Assembly: GCA_024626585.2 (NCBI GenBank)
Contig: JANKJI020000001.1
Location: 17,381,428-17,405,605 of the forward strand
Length of the DNA stretch: 24,178 nucleotides
Direction: 5' to 3'
Source: Ginkgo biloba
Taxonomy: Eukaryota > Plantae > Ginkgophyta
Below, one piece after another: positions 10,966-23,778 of this stretch. The notes beneath the pieces were generated by a model that did not search any database, had not been told where the DNA came from, and was given only the letters and a program-made list of their open reading frames with translations. The translations under genes and the position numbers were made by a program. Every line of letters starts with the position of its first letter. Within the stretch, counting starts at the first letter, position 1.

Positions 10966-12820
10966 TTGGAATCGGTGCATAGGTCTAGCAGCAAGCAGAG
11001 ATGGATCCCCCCCCAAACTCGATTCGAATGGCCTTCCCTATACGAGTCAGATGGGTTTAGTTGTGTGAAGAGAATCGCTTCTTATTCCCCCTTTGTCACT
11101 TTGACTTCTTTCANNNNNNNNNNNNNNNNNNNNNNNNNNNNNNNNNNNNNNNNNNNNNNNNNNNNNNNNNNNNNNNNNNNNNNNNNNNNNNNNNNNNNNN
11201 NNNNNNNNNNNNNGGGATGGTAACCTAACTCAAACCTATTTCATATTTGGGTTATAAGGAGGTTTTTTAGTGAGATTATGAGTATGCCTTAATTTTTTTT
11301 ATTATTGAATATTTCTTATATGACCCTTATCACATTGGGATGATTTCTAAATTCTCTCCATTTTTCTATATTTATGGAAAGGAACTACTCCACCAATTTA
11401 ATGATTAAGATTATTAAATATTTTAGAATGGGATATAAGAGTTATTGTTGTGAAATAATAAGTAGAGTGACTCATAATATAGGGCAATGTTACCCAAGGA
11501 ACACCATGTTTATGAGACCATTCTTTCTAGTTAAGGAAAGTCTTAGATATCATAATAAAATATTCTACATGAATAGGATGATAATGAATGAAATATTTTC
11601 CTTGTATATTTTTTTTATTGAGTATAGAATTATCATTTCAAATAAGTTACATTTGGAACTTTTAAATAGTTCAATAATAAATATGCTTTCTTTCAATATA
11701 GGATGTATATAGTTTCAAAGAATCTATTGAATTTTATAACTATTTTTATTAGATGCATATGAAAATGAGGATGCAATAAGTAAATCATTAATGTACAAAA
11801 TCATCTTTTCACTATTATATATGTAATGACATCTTTCTTATTTAGATCAAATAATCTAACATACATCTTTGATACATATCTACTTAATTATCCAATGCAT
11901 ACCCTCTTTCTCAGCTACATATATACCATAATATACAATAAAGAGTTTGTTTCTAAAGATATTTACCCCTAAATAGTGTCATAAATATTCTTATACATCC
12001 TCTATAAACGGTTTATATTTGATAGTTACTCCCCTAATTTATTGTTTGAATCCTTTAGTGAATAAATTACAACTTCTTCCATCATTTTTGATATAATTAT
12101 ATGAATAGCTATATTTAAACCTACAATTCATAGTTCCCTCCATCACGTTGACATTGAAATTTTATTTCAAAATGTTCCTTACATTTAATATAATCTAATT
12201 TATGAAAACTATCACTTAATTATTCTATAATTAATATTTCTAAGCTCCCTTCCTATCACTTTTCCTTTCTAAAAATATAGTAAAATATTGAAAGTAGCTA
12301 ATTTAGAAGTACATATCTACAAAAAGGCCTTTAAAATCCAAGAAATTTGGATATTATGAGTAGAAAAACCAGATAAAATCATAAAACTAATGTAGTCTTA
12401 AAAGTAAGTCTAATCTTCTAACTAGGATAAGTCCTCCATACAAAGATCTATTAAACCAACAATATTACTATTTAGAAACCATAATACATATCAAAGGGCT
12501 ATTATATTCATTCAAAAAATTAGAAATCAACAGCCTCAACAATGTTCTTAATATGTAATGGAAAGCATCCATGCATACGCATATTTCATAACCAACTAGC
12601 TCATAAATTTATAATCAACATGCATGCACTACAAAACCATATAATACGTATCTATCTAATTTCTATAGGTATGATCCTCTAGGATTATACCCTTTAGGAA
12701 ATAATACAAAGGCAAATAAATAATTTTCTAGATAATTCCTATAGGTATATAGAATTATAATAAAATAGGCAAATTACAGTCCTTGTTGTGACCCAAGTTC
12801 ATAATTTTATTTTATTTTCT

Positions 12821-12970
12821 TACTACAAAATTGAAAAGGTTATAAATAGTAACTATAATAGCACAAAGGGTTGCTAATTATGACCTTTTTAGTGACCATT
12901 TTAGGAAACCTCTTAGCGACCTTTTCGAAGAATTTTTTTTATTTCTTGGGGTGGATTTTAGTGACCCTCA
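12821..12970 (+). mobile_element. Possible decayed CACTA terminus with subterminal repeats
   Basis: tactacaaaa at 12821 (exact cactacaaaa at 12627) followed by ttagYgacc motifs at ~12889, ~12913 and ~12958. No partner end or TSD seen. Confidence 0.25.
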
Positions 12971-12991
12971 TTATATGTTTACCATATTTTG

Positions 12992-13159
12992 TGTACCCTA
13001 AGGACAACAAAAATTTGACCTAATTACCCAATGTAAGGGTTACACAAAATCAGGATAGGAAGAGGATTTGGAATCCCTCCACTATTATTAGGGATGGCTC
13101 CCTCAAATCTTTATAAATATACAAAGAGTAAAAATGAATAGAAACTATTTACAAGCATA
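12992..13159. repeat. Diverged third copy of the LTR-like family at 20436 and 21272
   Basis: Shares the tgtaYccta start, acacaaaat.aggata, ccctccactattattaggg and aaatatacaaagag with those copies. Confidence 0.75.
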
Positions 13160-13259
13160 NNNNNNNNNNNNNNNNNNNNNNNNNNNNNNNNNNNNNNNNN
13201 NNNNNNNNNNNNNNNNNNNNNNNNNNNNNNNNNNNNNNNNNNNNNNNNNNNNNNNNNNN

Positions 13260-13380
13260 GTTGAACTCCTTTGTTGGAGCACCTCCTCATCGGTGAACTC
13301 CCTCGTCAGTGCACCACTTCGTCGATGAAATCTCTCATTGGTACATCACCTCGTTGATGGACTCCTTCATCAGTGTGCCT
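13260..13380. repeat. 32-bp minisatellite (~3.7 copies, 16-bp subperiod)
   Basis: tgaactcc-like motif at 13262, 13294, 13326 and 13358; consensus close to cggtgaactccctcgtcggtgcaccacctcgt. Confidence 0.8.
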
Positions 13381-13469
13381 TATTTGACATGTGTCAGATC
13401 TCGTCCAACATCCCTATATCCAATTTTAACACATTCTATATTTTATCAAGCCTATGGGATTTAGGTCAT

Positions 13470-14803
13470 AACTAACTTCCATCCTTCCATTCTTTGATTC
13501 CCAAAATTTGATTCCCTGATCAGTGAACTTGAAATAATATTTAAGAATGGTGTTTATTTTCATTGGGTCCACAAATCCAAGGTGACTTTTCTTCGTCAAT
13601 GATTCAGGGAACCTCAATACAAAGTGAAAACTTCCCTTATGGAAGCCCAATACCTGATTCAACATTATTTATATTTTTTTAGATTTGTAGGAGTTAGGTT
13701 TTTTTAAACCATCTTTCAAAACCCCATGCACTAACTCTTGAACTCTGATTTTTGATAGCTTTNNNNNNNNNNCCCTGGACCTAAACATAGTTTAAAATTG
13801 GAATAAAGAAATAACATCAGTTCTAATGAATATCCCCAAGCTCACCAGGGATATTGCATCATATTTCTTACTTTCTTCCTTTAGCCATATTCTTGAACAT
13901 GACTTCTTGCTTCTAATTACCCTTTATATTTATGCAGATATCAATCAATTTTGTCAGAAACCTAAGGTAGTTGACCCTTGAACTTCCATAATTTCTTGCC
14001 CATCCAACCTGTATGCAATTTCCTACTGTCAAGGTTAAACCTCTCAAGTACCCTTTCTATTATTTGATGATAAGGCATCACTTCTAGAATAATAGATGCC
14101 TAGAACAAACTTGATCTCCATATCATATCAAAATCTAGATCTTCCCTTAACATATTTAAGAAGTCTTCAAAAATGAATCTAAATCCAACCTTGTATGTGT
14201 CTGAGGTATCAAGAATCTCTATCGTCTGTGCGGATTCAATTGCACTACTTCTCTATCTAGCCATACTTTCTTCAAATTAATATAGAGCTTAGAGTAGATA
14301 AAATTTTCTGCAATCAATACTTAGTCTTATTCTTTCATTTGTGCCTATGCTCTCGAGTTATCCATGAAGACGAAGCATTTTCTTGAAAAAGCCTAAAAAA
14401 TGGGTACATTAATGGGTCATTTCCATATTAATCACATAATGTCCACTCTTCCACCTTGTATCTTAACTTCGTGTAAGATGTGGAGTAGTTCCCTAGAGGT
14501 CATATTAAGATATGTGATCTAGTGACTGGCCAGAATGACCTCCAATCTCATGTGAACATGTGTCTTCACTTCGTTAGGAATTTGGGAGAACCTTGGTTAA
14601 AATTGAAAGGTTTCATTTAAAAAATATTGATATCCAATTCATAATAATTTGTATTTCATTGGGTATGTGGGGTTAGAGTCATGGACCATCTTTCACAATC
14701 CCATGCACTAACTCCCAAGATCAAATTTCTTGATGAGTGGACTTGAGGGAACACTAAATGAAAGTACATATTTTCGTAGGGTCCACAACCTTAAGGTGAC
14801 TTT
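13470..14803. repeat. Related repeat units at ~13470-13760 and ~14660-14803
   Basis: ccatctttca.aa.cccatgcactaactc at ~13709 and ~14686; gggtccacaa....aaggtgacttt at 13565 and 14779. Confidence 0.7.
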
Positions 14804-15539
14804 NNNNNNNNNNNNNNNNNNNNNNNNNNNNNNNNNNNNNNNNNNNNNNNNNNNNNNNNNNNNNNNNNNNNNNNNNNNNNNNNNNNNNNNNNNNNNNNNN
14901 NNNGTGGAAATAATTTGAAGACCCTTAAATTAAGGGAGACACCCATACAATATGAGTTAGAGGATAAGTTTATTGTATTTAATGACCAGAGGCTTAAATT
15001 ACAAGGATACAACTCATAGGAAAAACTATCCCATGAGATTGAACAAAGATTTTGGGTCATTTGCATGTAGAATAAGTCTTTGGTCAAAAGTAATTAAAGG
15101 GTATATTTTATCTTTCTAATGGTGTATGGAGGAACATAAATTGAGATATGACAGAAAATTATGATAGTTATAAAAAAAATTCATAAAAAATAGATTTCTT
15201 ATCTTTTGAGGAATATATCTCTCTAACGGTGCATAATTTGGCAATACTTTCAATTAGAAAGTTGTAGATATTTTTTATAACTTAAATTTTGGCTCAAGAA
15301 TAACCTAATTTGGATATTTATACATAAATTTATGCTAGTTTTAAGTTGGAATATCTATTCTATCAAGGAAAATCTTTATGGCCAAATTTTAAAATCTCTC
15401 TTCTCATTTCTCCTTTGAATATCTGTTATATTTTTTATGTTTCTTTTAGAATCCATAAGATTTCATATGCATATGATAATATTGATGATTATTTGAAACA
15501 ATTCCTTGCATTATTCTTAGATCTTAACAAATTTCAATA

Positions 15540-17370
15540 TGGTATTAGAGTCATTAAAGGAGATTTTTGAAGAGTTTTGGTGAAATATTGAAGATCGGGA
15601 TCTAATATTAAATTTTCATAAAAGTGTCCTTGGTGACTAAATTATTGAGAGGAGAATTCAAAGAAGGTATAACATTGTAGATTTATTGCATTTTTTTTGT
15701 AACTTATTGGATAACCCTTACAAGGAGGGGGAAAACAAAATGATAACATTGGGAGATGGAGAATTTTTGCAATCAGATAGATTGGAGGGATCTCAAATCA
15801 TAATTCATGGAAATTGAGAATGGAAGGAATTATCATGGAAAAATATTTATGAGGTATTGTTAATGGAATAGAAGTTAGACCTCAAACTATTCCTGAAGGT
15901 CAAGAGTGGGATAAGAGATATAGGAAAGAAAATATTTTGTTGAGACTTTCCATTGAATATTATCTTATTACTCATTTATCTGATTGTAAAACATCTTATA
16001 AAATGTTGGAAATTTTGGGTAAATTATTCCAATTTTTAATTTTTCCTAGAATTCTATCTTTGAGGAATAGATTGCATAATCTTAAGATGGAAGATAATGA
16101 ATATATTATTTTGTATTTAATGAAAATAAAAGAGTAAAAAGATCAATTGGAATGTAACAAATCAAAAAATGGTTGCATTAATATTAAATAATATTTTAGA
16201 AAATTATCAAACTTTTATAAGCAATTATAGGAAGAGAAACCCCGCCTTCTTTTGATGATCTTCATATAATATTATTGCAAGAGGAGAAAAGGAGGTTGAA
16301 TTTTAATCCAAAAGGAAAGGATTGAAGTTTAGATTCATCCTTCATATCAAAAGGTAAAGGACATAAGAAGTATTAGTCCAAGAATACTCAAAAATCTACT
16401 AAAGATAGTCTAATCATTCAAATCGAAAGTATTTAGGTAGTAAAACTAAGAAAGCATGATTTTATTATGGAAAAGTAGGTTAATTTTCTTAGGATTTTTA
16501 AAATAAGAAATGGGATCAAGAACATGGGAAGTATAAGAAAGGAAATTCATCTCATTAAAATCTTTTAAAGGAGGGATAGATTAATTAATGCAAACAAGAT
16601 TGTTTATGGAATCAAATTCCACTAGTGACTCTACTTCTTGGTTTATTGATTTTGGTGCTTCAGCACATATGACTTTTGATAAATAAAATTTTGCAAAGTT
16701 TAAAGAGATTGAAAGCACATCAAATTTTGTCCTAAGTGATTCCACCACATTAGAAATTAAAGGAATAGTCATTATTCTACTAAGGATGCCTAGTGTTGAA
16801 ATTAAATAAATTTTCAATGTTATCTATATACGTAGACTAACAAAGAGTCTTCTATTAGGGAGTGAAATTGTAGATCAAAAAATTAGAGTTGAATTTGATG
16901 GCCAAAAATTTATTATAAAGGATTTATCATAAGGAAAACCAAGGCTAATAAAAAATGGTTTGAGAGAAAGAGGACTCTACAAACTATAAGATGAGATAGT
17001 GTTTAAGGATGAATTATTTTCAAATAATGAGTTTATGGCTTATCTATGGCATAAAAGAGTAAGTTATTTAAATTTTTAAAGTGTGCAATTTTTTTATGAA
17101 AAATAATATGTTGAATGGTTTTTCACACTTTAAAATTCCTTCAAAAGTTATTTATGAAGGTTTCTAGTTAGGTAAGCAAACTAGAATAAATTTTCCAAAG
17201 AAAAAGGAAAGTATGAGACATGTTATTTTGGATCTCATGCATTCAGATGTGGTTGGTATTATGCATACATATGCTATTCATGGATGTAAATATTTATTGA
17301 CATTTATATATGATTATTATAAGAAAGCATGGGTATACTTCATGACTGCAAAGAGTAATGTGTTGACGTG
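15540..17370 (+). mobile_element. Decayed Ty1/copia retrotransposon: PBS, gag, zinc knuckle, protease, GAG-pre-integrase and truncated integrase
   Basis: PBS tggtattagag at 15540-15550. Gag DRLEG...SWKLRMEGIIMEKYL*GIVNG from ~15776. Eroded CCHC at 16457-16498. Protease WFIDFGASAHMT at 16639-16674. LWHKR at 17044. Integrase LDLMHSDVVG...KYLLTFIYDYYKKAWVYFMTAKS at 17228-17356. Protease followed by integrase is the copia order. Confidence 0.92.
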
Positions 17371-20300
17371 TGAATGCATGCAAATCTGGAATTGCTGCAA
17401 GAACTAAAAAAAAATTTAACACAATTATTTTCCTAGATCTAAATGCAAACTCAAGAAATAATAATAAAAAAAAGAGTNNNNNNNNNNNNNNNNNNNNNNN
17501 NNNNNNNNNNNNNNNNNNNNNNNNNNNNNNNNNNNNNNNNNNNNNNNNNNNNNNNNNNNNNNNNNNNNNNNNNNNNNCAATAACCCGAGTACGTAAATAT
17601 TTTTATTTTTATTTAATTATCTAAGAAAAAAAATGAATACATATAATGAGTATTTAGAAAAAATTACAATCAGTGTAGAAAAGGAGATATGTCTCACCCA
17701 ACCTACACTATGATAAAGAATGAATGATGATGTAAATAAAAGAATTACTCTGGCGCCTAGTGGCGTTACTTGGGAGATTGAGAAGGGGTTTCAATAATGG
17801 TTTCTCCCACTGGACACCACCCATGCTACCTGGTGGAGTGGGTGATGACTCTCTATATTCTCATATCCTACCTCCATGACTTGGTTATGAATTTGGAGTA
17901 GTCAACTTTCACATGTTCATTCATGTAGATTCTTCTTCAGGAAATTGAAGAGTCATATCGAAGGTTATTTTTTCACACCTAAAAAATCATCTCCACTAGT
18001 AACATGACATCCTACAACTTTTTTCCCTTTCCCTATTAATATTTCTAATACCTCCCATTCCATTTCATATTAATATTCCACAGTAAGGAGGTTCTAATAG
18101 TTCAGGAAAAATAAGAAGAAGAGAAAGATTTCTCTCCATGTCCTCATTTCACCACCTTTCTTCTCCTCAACCCACATAGCACCAACAATTAGGCTACCCA
18201 TACTCTTCAAGAGAAAATCACATCCCATTCCTATCCTATTCACCCTTAAGTTCATTGCCTTTTATGGAAAAAAATTATGATTTCTTAGAGTGCCTGCATA
18301 AGCAAAGAGATCAATTAAGCATTTACTATGAAGTAGTGTATGTTAGAAATAGGATAAGAATTCATGATAAGGATCATGTACATTGGAATTTATTAGTTCA
18401 ACCATATGATAAAAGACCATGTCTAATAAATATACAAGCATGGGATATCAAAGTATATAAATCCAAAGATAAGATTGTAGATCACTATTATTGAGACAAT
18501 TATAGATTTCATTTCACATTTAAAGACAAAATGGAATCTTAGCACATGATAATCTCATGGCTTTAGAGAGAATGGTTATAACATCAAGGTCATGAAGAAG
18601 AAAGGAATTTTAGTTGTCATAAAGTTATGTATGACTAATTAAACTACCAATTTGTTACATATAAGATAGTTGAAGTGTTCTTCAAAAAGGAAACATATCC
18701 ATGAATAATTTTACAACAATACATGGATAGGAGTCATAAAGTTAATCCACATTTATATAGTCAAAGAATTAGGGTTCAGGGAAAGGTCACAAGAAGATGT
18801 AAGGAGGCACGAGAGGAATTTTCATTGGTTGTAATCATCCTTGTCCCCTACTATCCATTTTGTTGACTCCTTCCATACCAAACTTTGCAAAATAAAGAAG
18901 AGAAAATATAGTTGTGATTCTTATCTTTCGCTTGACTAACTTTTCTCCCATTACAAAAGAGATGGTGAAGAAGATCAATTTTTTCCATGACCAACACTCA
19001 AATTTATAATAAATGCTGGATTAAGAATAGATTGGCTCCATCCATCTTACCAAAAAGGTTATCTATAAGAGAGCATACATCTCATGTCATGCTTGACGTG
19101 TATGAGAATATTATTCATTTTTCAACATCATTACCATGAAAATATTTTGTATAGATCAAAATTTTATGGCTAAATTAAAGATTATGGAATTCACATACCC
19201 ACATGAGGTATTCTTCCCCATGAAGGTCACCTTATTAACCCATAAATGGGGCCACTCTTGGAGAGCGAAGTTTATGACAACACTATGAAGATAATGCCAC
19301 ACAATCAGGAAGTTAAAATTTTCAAAGTTAAAATTCATCATATACCTTATCTTTTATCTCGGTTAATTTTCTTCTTGCATTATTGTAGGTTGGAATGGGT
19401 AAGACATCATACAAGATTGATAATTAACTATCTTTGGATTTTTGCTAGGATTGATTGGCATTTATGAAAAGTGGAATGGGAATTTAGGTTCTCCTGAATT
19501 CCAAATATAGTGAAGATACATGTTGGTATAAAATTGGAGGTCATCCTAGCTAATCATAGTTTCACATATTCTAATATAACTTCTAGGGCACTATCTCATG
19601 TCTCACACAAAGTTAATGCTTAAGGTGACAAAATATATGCGCTTTGATTAAGGATGAAGTGGCATATTTAATTAGCTCAATTTTTATCTTTTTCAAGAAA
19701 ATGTTCAATTTTTTTAAATAATTCCAAATAAGTGAATCCATAAAGAGAAGAGGAAGATAGAGTCAATTTTGTACAATAATATCATATGAGTTTATACTAT
19801 CCATTATGACCATAGGAGGTACAATAGGATAAAGGAACATCACATCTGAAGCTACATCAATGATGGAGATTTGGGATACTCTGGATACATGTCAAGAAAA
19901 TTTTAGGCTCAAGTATGAATATTGTTCTAATATATAAAAATAGGAAAGAGAGGTATATGNNNNNNNNNNNNNNNNNNNNNNNNNNNNNNNNNNNNNNNNN
20001 NNNNNNNNNNNNNNNNNNNNNNNNNNNNNNNNNNNNNNNNNNNNNNNNNNNNNNNNNNNTCTCTAGTGATGCCACCCCAATTTGGATTAGAACTTTCAAT
20101 TTTAGCTTATTCTAGCCCACTAGTTCCTAATTCATATCCTCTTTTCTTAGAAGTTGAAAGATTTAGTGCATTTTCCTATTTTTCATCACCATGGATAGTG
20201 TTCCCTTCATTTCTTGAATATAACCAATTATTATATCATCTTTCATAGCTCTTACTATATTTCGATAATATTGAGTCTTTAGGGTTGATTGGGGGATTGA

Positions 20301-20435
20301 CATTGTCCCTTAATTTATGTGCACCCAATCATAGTCAATTGGGTTGTAGTATATATCTCTAATGTTGTAACATGGTAAGCATGGAGTGTATAATGTCATG
20401 AAAATACTCTCTCTAGATCTATTGAATATATTTTT

Positions 20436-21064
20436 TGTATCCTAGAAAAAATAAGGGTTTGAATAAAATGCCTAAGATGAGGGTGACATAAAATTAGGAC
20501 NNNNNNNNNNNNNNNNNNNNNNNNNNNNNNCCTCTACTATTATTAAGGGAAGTTCCCTTAGCTATTTATAAATATACAAAGATAAAATAAAAATGAAATC
20601 TATCAACAATCATGTTCACACTATACATAGAAATTATAATGGATTACATATGATTAAAAAATAAGTGATATGATGGGTAGAGAGAAAAATAAAATTAATC
20701 TGCAACTTGGATAGGATAACAAAGCAAGGTTTAATGTTGGTGAGAAAAAAGAAAATGAATTAAAATGAATCATAAGAACCCTCTTAGTGATACCTCTTAG
20801 TGCTATAAAGGAGGTCCCTTGGGTCATTATAAATAGGCCTAAGGAATATTAAAGTCTCAAGAGTTGGTAGTGCATAATCCCTCTATATGAGAAGCTTCAT
20901 AACTTGTTTACCTTTATCTTCTTCCAAAAACACTCGAAAGGCGATTAGAACAAACAACTAAATACTACAATGTTTGGTCTTGAATGTGTTACTCTAGTAG
21001 TGCTTGAAGTATGCACCTTGAAATCCCAAAAGTAATATATAAAATTTAAGGCTATTTAGATCAA
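20436..21064. repeat. LTR-like repeat, copy A (~620 bp)
   Basis: Colinear with 21272-21889 from tgtatccta to aaggctatttagatcaa; begins with TG. Confidence 0.9.
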
Positions 21065-21271
21065 NNNNNNNNNNNNNNNNNNNNNNNNNNNNNNNNNNNN
21101 NNNNNNNNNNNNNNNNNNNNNNNNNNNNNNNNNNNNNNNNNNNNNNNNNNNNNNNNNNNNNNNNAGACCTAGTATAAGGTTTTTTACCTTTAGCCAAGTT
21201 TAACCAAATAAAACACACATTACTTGATTAGCAATCCCTAGTACGATTTCCATTTATGTTGACCTCATTTA

Positions 21272-21889
21272 TGTATCCTACAAAAAATAAGGGTTTAACT
21301 AAAATTACTAAGGTGAGGATGACACAAAATTAGGATAAACACGAGAGTTAAAAACCCTCCACTATTATTAGGGGTGGTTCCCTTAGCTATTTGCAAATAT
21401 ACAAAGAGAAAATAAAAAATAAAATCTATCCACAAATATATTCACATTGTACATAGAAATTGGAATGGCTTGTATATGATTCAAAAATAAGTTATATGAT
21501 GGGAAGAGAGAAAAATAAAAATAATCTACTAACCAGATAGGATAACAGAGCAAGGTTCAAAGTTGGTGAGGAAAAGGAAAATGAATTAAAATGAATCATG
21601 ACCACCCTATAGGGATACCTCTCATTTATATAAAGGAGGTACCTCAAGTCATTATTAATAGGCCTAAGTAAGATTTAATTCTTAAGAGATGGTTGTGCTT
21701 GATCCCTCTATATGATAAGATTATTAACTTGTCTTCCTTTGTCTTCTTCTAGCAATGCTTAAAAGGAGATTAGAAAAAATAATTGAATGCTATAATGTTT
21801 GGTCTTAAAGGTGTTATACTAGTAGTGCTCGAAGTAATCTCCTTAAAGTATTAAAAGTAATATGTAAAATTCAAGGCTATTTAGATCAA
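21272..21889. repeat. LTR-like repeat, copy B
   Basis: Shared blocks such as gaaaatgaattaaaatgaatcat, tataaaggaggt and aatgtttggtctt; roughly 80% identity by eye. Confidence 0.9.
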
Positions 21890-23355
21890 TTCCTTAGGAT
21901 AAGAATAGAAGAAAATAGGGAAAACATACTAGGAGAATTCAATATTATAATTTAGGAATTATTTTCAAAACATGCAAGTACTGCTTGACACAAATATTAG
22001 AAATAAGTCCATTTGTTTTCACAATAATTATATTTATTAAAAAGCACCAGTAATGCTTGATGCTTAAAAAGAAAATTTATTTCATAAACAAAATATTAAC
22101 ACAACCATCAATTCTTCATCACATCAATATTGGGAGAAAATAAAAATATGTATATTTCATTAAAAAAAATCATCTAGGTTACAAGTATAAGATATTGACC
22201 AATACATAGGAGTATTAAACTCTTTGATTCAAAAAATATTAGAGTATCCCATATAAAATTTAGAATAACCCACAAGGGTGTACATAAGCTCCAAGAGATA
22301 ACACCAATGTTATGAACACAACAAGAGAATGAAAATAAAAGGAAGAATAATACAACATAGGATTTCCTCATTTAGCATTAGAAATTGTGGAAACTCTTCC
22401 ATTTTTATTTTCTCCCTTTTATACATCTTGTTGACCTTCTCATTCTATTTGAATGGTTGAGACAATTGAGACATCCAACAACGTTCGATGACTAACTACC
22501 TTAGATTTCTATGCTAACTACCTCTATNNNNNNNNNNNNNNNNNNNNNNNNNNNNNNNNNNNNNNNNNNNNNNNNNNNNNNNNNNNNNNNNNNNNNNNNN
22601 NNNNNNNNNNNNNNNNNNNNNNNNNNNAACACAATAACCAATATCTAGAAGATTGTATCCACTAGTAAGAGGTGAAATCCAACTACTCCAACCATCTACA
22701 AAACTAGGAGGAGGACTCAGTGTAGAGTATAAATCCATATTAGATGTTGCACATATAACACATATAAGGGATAATGCAATTAGTAATGGATCCATTCCTA
22801 ATGATGGTAAAGACTAAGTTGGGGCTAGAGATTCAATATTTTCTAGAGCCTAAGAAGCCTTTATCGATGAGGTTACCCTAGTCATTAAGAAGGGCTACCA
22901 GGGTAGTGCTAGGAGTTATATGTTTCTTAAGGGTGGAGAAAGTAGTCAACCATATTAGAATGCCCATTTGTTGTATGAGTAGTATGTTCACTAATTATAT
23001 TTATTGGTTTCTGTGATTAATAATTCACCATTTGAAATGGATTGATTTACAACCATAAAAAAATAATGCATATAGAAAGGATAAATAAATCCTAATAGGA
23101 TTGACATGAAAGGGAATGTCAATGCCTAAAGAGTACTTTTTATTTGGTTGGATTGATACTAGTATACAGTTGATTTGATCCTAAGGTCATGATCCAAGAG
23201 AGACAAACAATATCTACAAGAAGAGATACCTAATAAATAATCTAAGATAATCTATTCCGTATAGATAAAGCTAGGGGTTAGTACTTATGATATGTTATGG
23301 GGTATATTCATGTAAAAAGAATTTAAGTGTTAAAATTTGTATAGCCTTGATATCA

Positions 23356-23644
23356 TATTGAAATCAAGAAACACATAAGACAAAAATAATTGTAAAGCTC
23401 TTCACTTGCATCTCATGCTGTCAGTTGCAATACATCACTTCTAATTAACTCCTAGTATATGGAATATAAGGTATGTTATATTATGTACATATATAAAGAC
23501 ATTACAACTTCATGGCTTACAACTGACCTTGACTTGACACACCTTTCAACATACCATGACACAACACTCAAGATAAAATATTATTTAACATACTTATAAC
23601 TATGCATAAATCTAAAAAATTTGGAAGTGTCATTAACTCTAACA
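23356..23644 (-). mobile_element. Short (~289 bp) copia-type LTR, preceded by a PPT (23653-23645) and followed by a degenerate tRNA-iMet PBS (23355-23344)
   Basis: The minus strand reads AAGGGGGAG|TGTTAGAG ... ttcaata|tgatatcaaggc (9/12 match to tggtatcagagc; terminal CA apparently changed to TA). Confidence 0.65.
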
Positions 23645-23719
23645 CTCCCCCTTAATGAAAACTTCTTTAATACTCAACATTTCTTGACTCAATATGGGTC
23701 CTACTTGCCACTTTAAATG

Positions 23720-23763
23720 TTATAGTTAATTAAGTACCTATTTATAGTTAATTAAGTACCTAT
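23720..23763. repeat. Perfect 22-bp tandem duplication
   Basis: ttatagttaattaagtacctat occurs twice in a row. Confidence 0.9.
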
Positions 23764-23778
23764 TTATAAGTTTTATTT

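Noticed and set aside
11220-12600. ORF 11374..11712 and a possible transposase or viral remnant
   Set aside because: AT-rich, and no diagnostic motif in the frames I translated.
13260-13380. CRISPR-like 32-bp periodicity
   Set aside because: Contiguous degenerate units without unique spacers, no cas genes, eukaryotic context.
18000-19950. Possible gypsy gag or accessory ORF remnants (eroded WNSGEP...HF knuckle near 19450-19510, minus strand)
   Set aside because: A single weak motif with many stops; cannot be supported without a profile search.
3242-22795. ORF-track entries containing X runs
   Set aside because: Their length is an artefact of reading through N gaps.
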